DNA from: Camelus ferus
Taxonomy: Eukaryota
Direction of reading: 5' to 3'
DNA length: 64,000 bases
Assembly: GCF_009834535.1 (NCBI RefSeq)
Contig: NC_045698.1
Span: 68,510,001 to 68,574,000, forward strand
How positions within the stretch are numbered: the stretch's first letter is position 1; each line of letters starts with the position of its first letter. The translations under genes were made by a program, and so were the position numbers. Positions 59,488 through 64,000 of the stretch are shown one piece after another. The notes beneath the pieces were generated by a model. It worked only from the letters and a program-made list of their open reading frames with translations. It made no database searches and was not told the origin of the DNA.

Positions 59488-61454
59488 GAAAAGAACCTCC
59501 ACTGGTGAAACGCTGAGTAATTTTCTGCAACTATTTCACAAACAGTTTCTTAAAATAATGAAAAGAGCATGGCATTTGGTGTCAAAAGGTGGATATTTGA
59601 GACCAATCTACTGTCTACAGAGTCTTAGTAAGTCCCTTAACCTATCCAAATAGGCCATAATGTCAGTATTTTTAGTAAGACTTTTTATTAGATGATATGC
59701 AAAGTTTTCTCCAGTTCTAAGACTGTCTGAATCAATTACCACATATGTTTATACCTCCTTCTCCTCCTAGGAAGTAGAATAATAAAACTAATGGTTAAGA
59801 GCTGGATAAAGCAAAAAACCAGGATGGATCAATCAGGCTGACTGTCAGGATGGAGGAGAGGAAGCGGTGTGTGGCTGGTGAAGAGATGGAGACCAATGCC
59901 AGGACACAGAAGACAGAAGAGCACAGCTCTAGCTCATAGTCATCTTGGAAAAATGAAGGTCCAGCACCGCCAGATCTTCTGCTTTTTTAAAGAATCAATG
60001 AAACCTAAAATTTTTATGTGAAAGCTCATGGTTCTTAAACAACAAGTTTCATTTTTAAATATATGTGTTGTTCAACAGGTCAGGAGCCCAGAATCAAATT
60101 GTTAGTCATCAGTTCAGTACCTCTATTCCATAATCAGGAAGAGGAATAGAAAATCTAGCAGTAGGGTGTTTCTACAAGAGAAATGAAGGAAATCAGGTAT
60201 TTTAATGAAGATTAACATTATAATGCTTATACTACTAGTAAAGAGATGAGTGGTGAATAGACACTGAAAATAGTATTTTAAAAATCTGTCTTGGCCAGAA
60301 ATAATATCTAAATTATACTTTTCTCTTTCCAGTCCAAACATTAGTAGCTGATTATGTCTGGAACACTACAGGGAGCACTAGAGCAAAAAACTCATTAAAG
60401 TAAAAACTACAATAAATGTCACAGTGTAACAAGTGGTTTGCTGATTTATCTATAAGAATGCAATTAGTTTAATCTGAACTTAAAAACTTAAAGACTCATT
60501 AGGTCCAGAGACTGAAGTGTAAGCCATCAACATTGCAGCTACTTAGAATATATGTTCTGGCACTTTTTCGGGTATATTGTCATAAGCATTGGCTTTGTAT
60601 GGAATAATAAACGTGCACAATAGAAAACAAAATGGTCACTACGTAATTTCAGCCAGTTGTGAAACAAGGATATTCTGATTCTTACCCTGTGTCATCCACA
60701 TTAAACCTGCCAGCAAAATTGTTTAAACAATAGTGACAAAAGCTAGTTCTAAACACAGAAGATTATTTTTATTTCTACAACCTTTCACCAACTTAGAATG
60801 TGTAAGAATTGATATTTAGTTATGATACAAATTTCACTGGTTCTGTGGCCAAATAGTTTTAAAGTTCCTTATTGTGTTTCAAATTTCATTTAAAATAAGA
60901 TATCTCAAATTTAGATGGTTTGAGCTTTACAAATAATATGGCACACCATCAATCAGTTTTCTAGAAGAGATCTTGATTTTGCTCTGCAGATGTCAGCTGA
61001 AAGCCTGAATAGATAAATGAACTGAAATTTAACTAAATGCTTCAGAACACAGCTACGGGATTTGTGCTGTCTCTTTTAGAGTTGAAAAAAAAACTGGAAT
61101 GCTATTTTAGAATTACTTAAAGGTTTGTGTCTGAAGTTTGGGGTATAAATCCTTTGCTAGATAGGGTGTTTATTTAGCTGTTTCCTTTCCTTGTCTACGA
61201 AAAATAATCTTCTCTTATCTCTGGCCAGGAAACAGAAGCCAGAAACAGCTCAAGATCTGTGATAACTTATAAAAACGGGAATGCATTCACTTTCTGGATA
61301 TCATTTTGGCAAAGAGTACAAAGCTACATAAATTAATAGGTTTTATTATATTGGAAAACCATACATCCAAAAGGAATGACAAAATGGCACAACTGCTGTC
61401 ATCCTAACATAAAGCTACATGCTTCCATAGAGATACTGGTGGAAAGTGAGCTGC

Positions 61455-61560
61455 TGGGATCAGCGGTTCTAGCTCTGCCACTAACTGAATGTCTACTCTT
61501 GGATGAGACTCTGGGCCTCAGTAGCCTGCTCTGTAAAATGAGGGGTTTAGCTTGATTATG
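61455..61560 (+). mobile_element. MIR SINE
   Basis: tctagctctgccactaac...ctctgggcctcagtagcctgctctgtaaaatgagg. Confidence 0.65.
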
Positions 61561-64000
61561 TCAAAGGATCAATAAAGTCTCTTAAATATATATTAATTAG
61601 CTATGCATAATATATATTAACATATTTAAATTACATCATTTAAATATTTCCACTACACCTCGCATCTTTTTTAACTACTCCTGATGCTGAACTTTATATT
61701 ACATTATATATGGCTTTATCAGTGAGACACAGCAAAATTTTCTGATGCAAATTTGCTTCAGCTTTTCAAGTGGGTTAAATTTTTCTAAGCATTTATGACT
61801 TTCCTCACACCTTTTTCAACATTTTCAAATATTTTCTGCTTATTTTAGGGAGGAATATAGTGTGGGTTTTAAAGAAATCTAAAGCAGAGGACACAGTTGC
61901 TTAATGAACACACACAAATACATGGCAATTCCAGAGTTTCCTTTAGGGTAAAAGAGGGGCGACTTTCAAAGAAATGACAGAACTTGTTTTCAGTGTATTA
62001 CCATAATGGAATAAAGAACAAGCTATGAAAATGTTCCCTAATATCATCAACCATCAGCCTGTTTTTTAGAAAGTCCCCAATCAAACCTAAGTGTTAAAAG
62101 GTCCAGAACGTTGAGTGGAGATGCCAAATTCCCCAAGCAGTTCACTGCATCATGACTCACAAGGCTGGGGCAATGCAGAGTCATTTCCTAGCACATGAAC
62201 TGCTGGAGAGGAAACCACATGCCCCCATCAGCCCCTGGTCAGTGAGGGCAGCATCACATTTGAATAGTTTGGTTTGCCTTTGAGTCTCCTTCCCAGGCAG
62301 CCTCTGCTTGCTCTTGTAACTTGCCTGTCCCCAGGTTTCTGAAGTATATAAGAAAACCAATCTCCAAAGGTTTCCTGTTATGTAGATCCAAATGAATAAC
62401 GTCAATGAAAACAGTTTGTCTAGTATGGTCACTTTTTTTTCCTTTTGGTAATTGCTTCTTCCTCTTCTGTTCTCCAGTAAATCTCTACCTTCCACCTAAT
62501 CTGTATGCAGTCCCCCTAGGCCTTCTCATTGTCATATTCAGTGACTCACATGTTCAAGAACTTAGTTCCTGTGCACACCAAGTACAATGAGGAAACCAGA
62601 GCAAAAGAAATGTCAAGCTCACCATATATCATGGTGGAGAAAGAAGACAGATTCATAAATCGACTCGACTATAATTTTGTTCTGTCACCTTGAATTATTT
62701 CTAAACAGATTATTCATTTCAGTCGTTGTATAACTGTTTCCTTTTATCACCTTCCATCCCTTTCTAAAATAAATTTTAGCATGTAGAATCACTATTTGGA
62801 TTCTGAAGCTTCTTGCAAATTGGGATTTTGGTGAATATTCCTTTAAAAAAATCAAGCCATAAAATATTGAAGTCATTCTATCTAGTTCTTTCAAAAGAGG
62901 ACTATTATGCAGTATTTAGCTGAGCTACAACTTGCCAACAGGCACTACTGTGAGTTCTTAGTCTATACTCTTAGCTAACCTTTCATCCTGCTTGCACACT
63001 CTTTTGTGCATCTCTGTTCAGTGACTCTGCTCAACTCACATATCCCAGTGGAAGCATTCCAGACATTTTCCAAATCCCTGGGGCTAGCATTCCCAAATTG
63101 CCTGGTCTCTTCCTTATGTGAACCTGTGGATTATGAAGGATGCGCTTCTGTGACCTTCGCTGCAGCTTCAGACCTAGCCCAGCTCCAGCACAGAAAGCGT
63201 CTCTAAGTGCTGAAGGAGCGAGCATGAAGAAACTCATCTATTCAGATTTTCCCAGTGTGGAATTGCATGATTTAAAGTATTTTGCCACTTCAACATAAAC
63301 TTTTTAAATTAAAAATTTTGTATTTCATTTTTTTATTTAGTCTGATAGGAATGCTCTGTTTTCTACATTACTCAAATATCTGTATAAAACATACTCTGTG
63401 TTAATTATTTCCCATAAAATAATCAGCTTACTATTTTTGATACTGGCAGCAATTCTGTTGTAGGCATCTGTTCCAGGGAAAAAAGAAAGAAAATATTTGC
63501 CAGCTGAATAGACTACAAAAGGTGCTTAGCAGCAGTGATTCTTCCTAGTGGTGACTTTTACTGAGGGAGAACTGCTGACGGATGATTTGACTACAACACT
63601 GAATTCTACAAAGTATCAATTTCTTTTTTTTTTAATGGTGACCTACCAAGAAGCAAAAATGAAGATGAAAGTTCTGGGAAAATGCCTACATTCCACCTCA
63701 ACAGTTTCTTTAATTTTTATTATTTTAAAATACATACTGTTAAATATTTATGATGACTCTACAATTTTCTCAAGCACTACTGAAAAACAGGTATTTTAAT
63801 GTAAGTTCAGACTGTCATATTGTGAAAATTTTATATATGGTCATAAAATAATTTCTGCAGAAATTTTACAAAATTCCCTTGAGAAAAGTAAGATGATCAA
63901 TAGAATAAAATACAAAATCATAACTTTACCTGCAAATAATTTTACTTTAAGTAAGATCCACTGGAGCAAAGGAAAATAATGAAGTTAGATCATATTAGAC

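Larger units (their letters stand above)
31926..64000 (-). other. ST8SIA4: ST8SIA4 last intron (partial; the upstream exon lies beyond the window)
   Basis: No ORF or reading resembling the penultimate exon (..MNPSVVQRAF..LIHAVRG) was found. The human orthologous intron is about 44 kb, longer than the 32 kb available here. Confidence 0.85.

Noticed and set aside
1-64000. CRISPR arrays, tRNA/rRNA/snRNA genes, prokaryotic or viral protein systems
   Set aside because: None seen. The window is ordinary mammalian DNA, and the retroviral pieces are LTRs or decayed remnants.

Overview
Mammalian genomic DNA, AT-rich and repeat-rich, with two assembly gaps. It is probably a camelid: the L1 3' ends look camelid-type and I saw no primate, ruminant, pig, cetacean, horse or carnivore SINEs. 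The only supportable protein-coding sequence is the last coding exon of the polysialyltransferase ST8SIA4 (PST) on the minus strand, 31643-31925. About 32 kb of its last intron lies to the right and a roughly 4 kb 3' UTR to the left, with a poly(A) signal near 27594-27604. The rest is L2, MIR, L1, hAT DNA transposons and many ERV LTRs, including a solo LTR nested inside a related solo LTR. The best unexplained structure is an orphan CpG-island promoter about 10 kb downstream of ST8SIA4 (17.0-17.6 kb). It carries GC boxes, an ETS site and a perfect minus-strand CAG|GTAAGT donor, followed by a chain of candidate minus-strand exons, suggesting an unannotated spliced, probably non-coding transcript. 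Second is a candidate 23-nt L2-derived microexon in the ST8SIA4 intron that would give a truncated enzyme whose stop lies in the last exon. Both are inferences from motifs read by eye and need RNA evidence. All other ORFs in the six-frame track look spurious. Repeat family names come from recalled consensus similarity, not from a database search.
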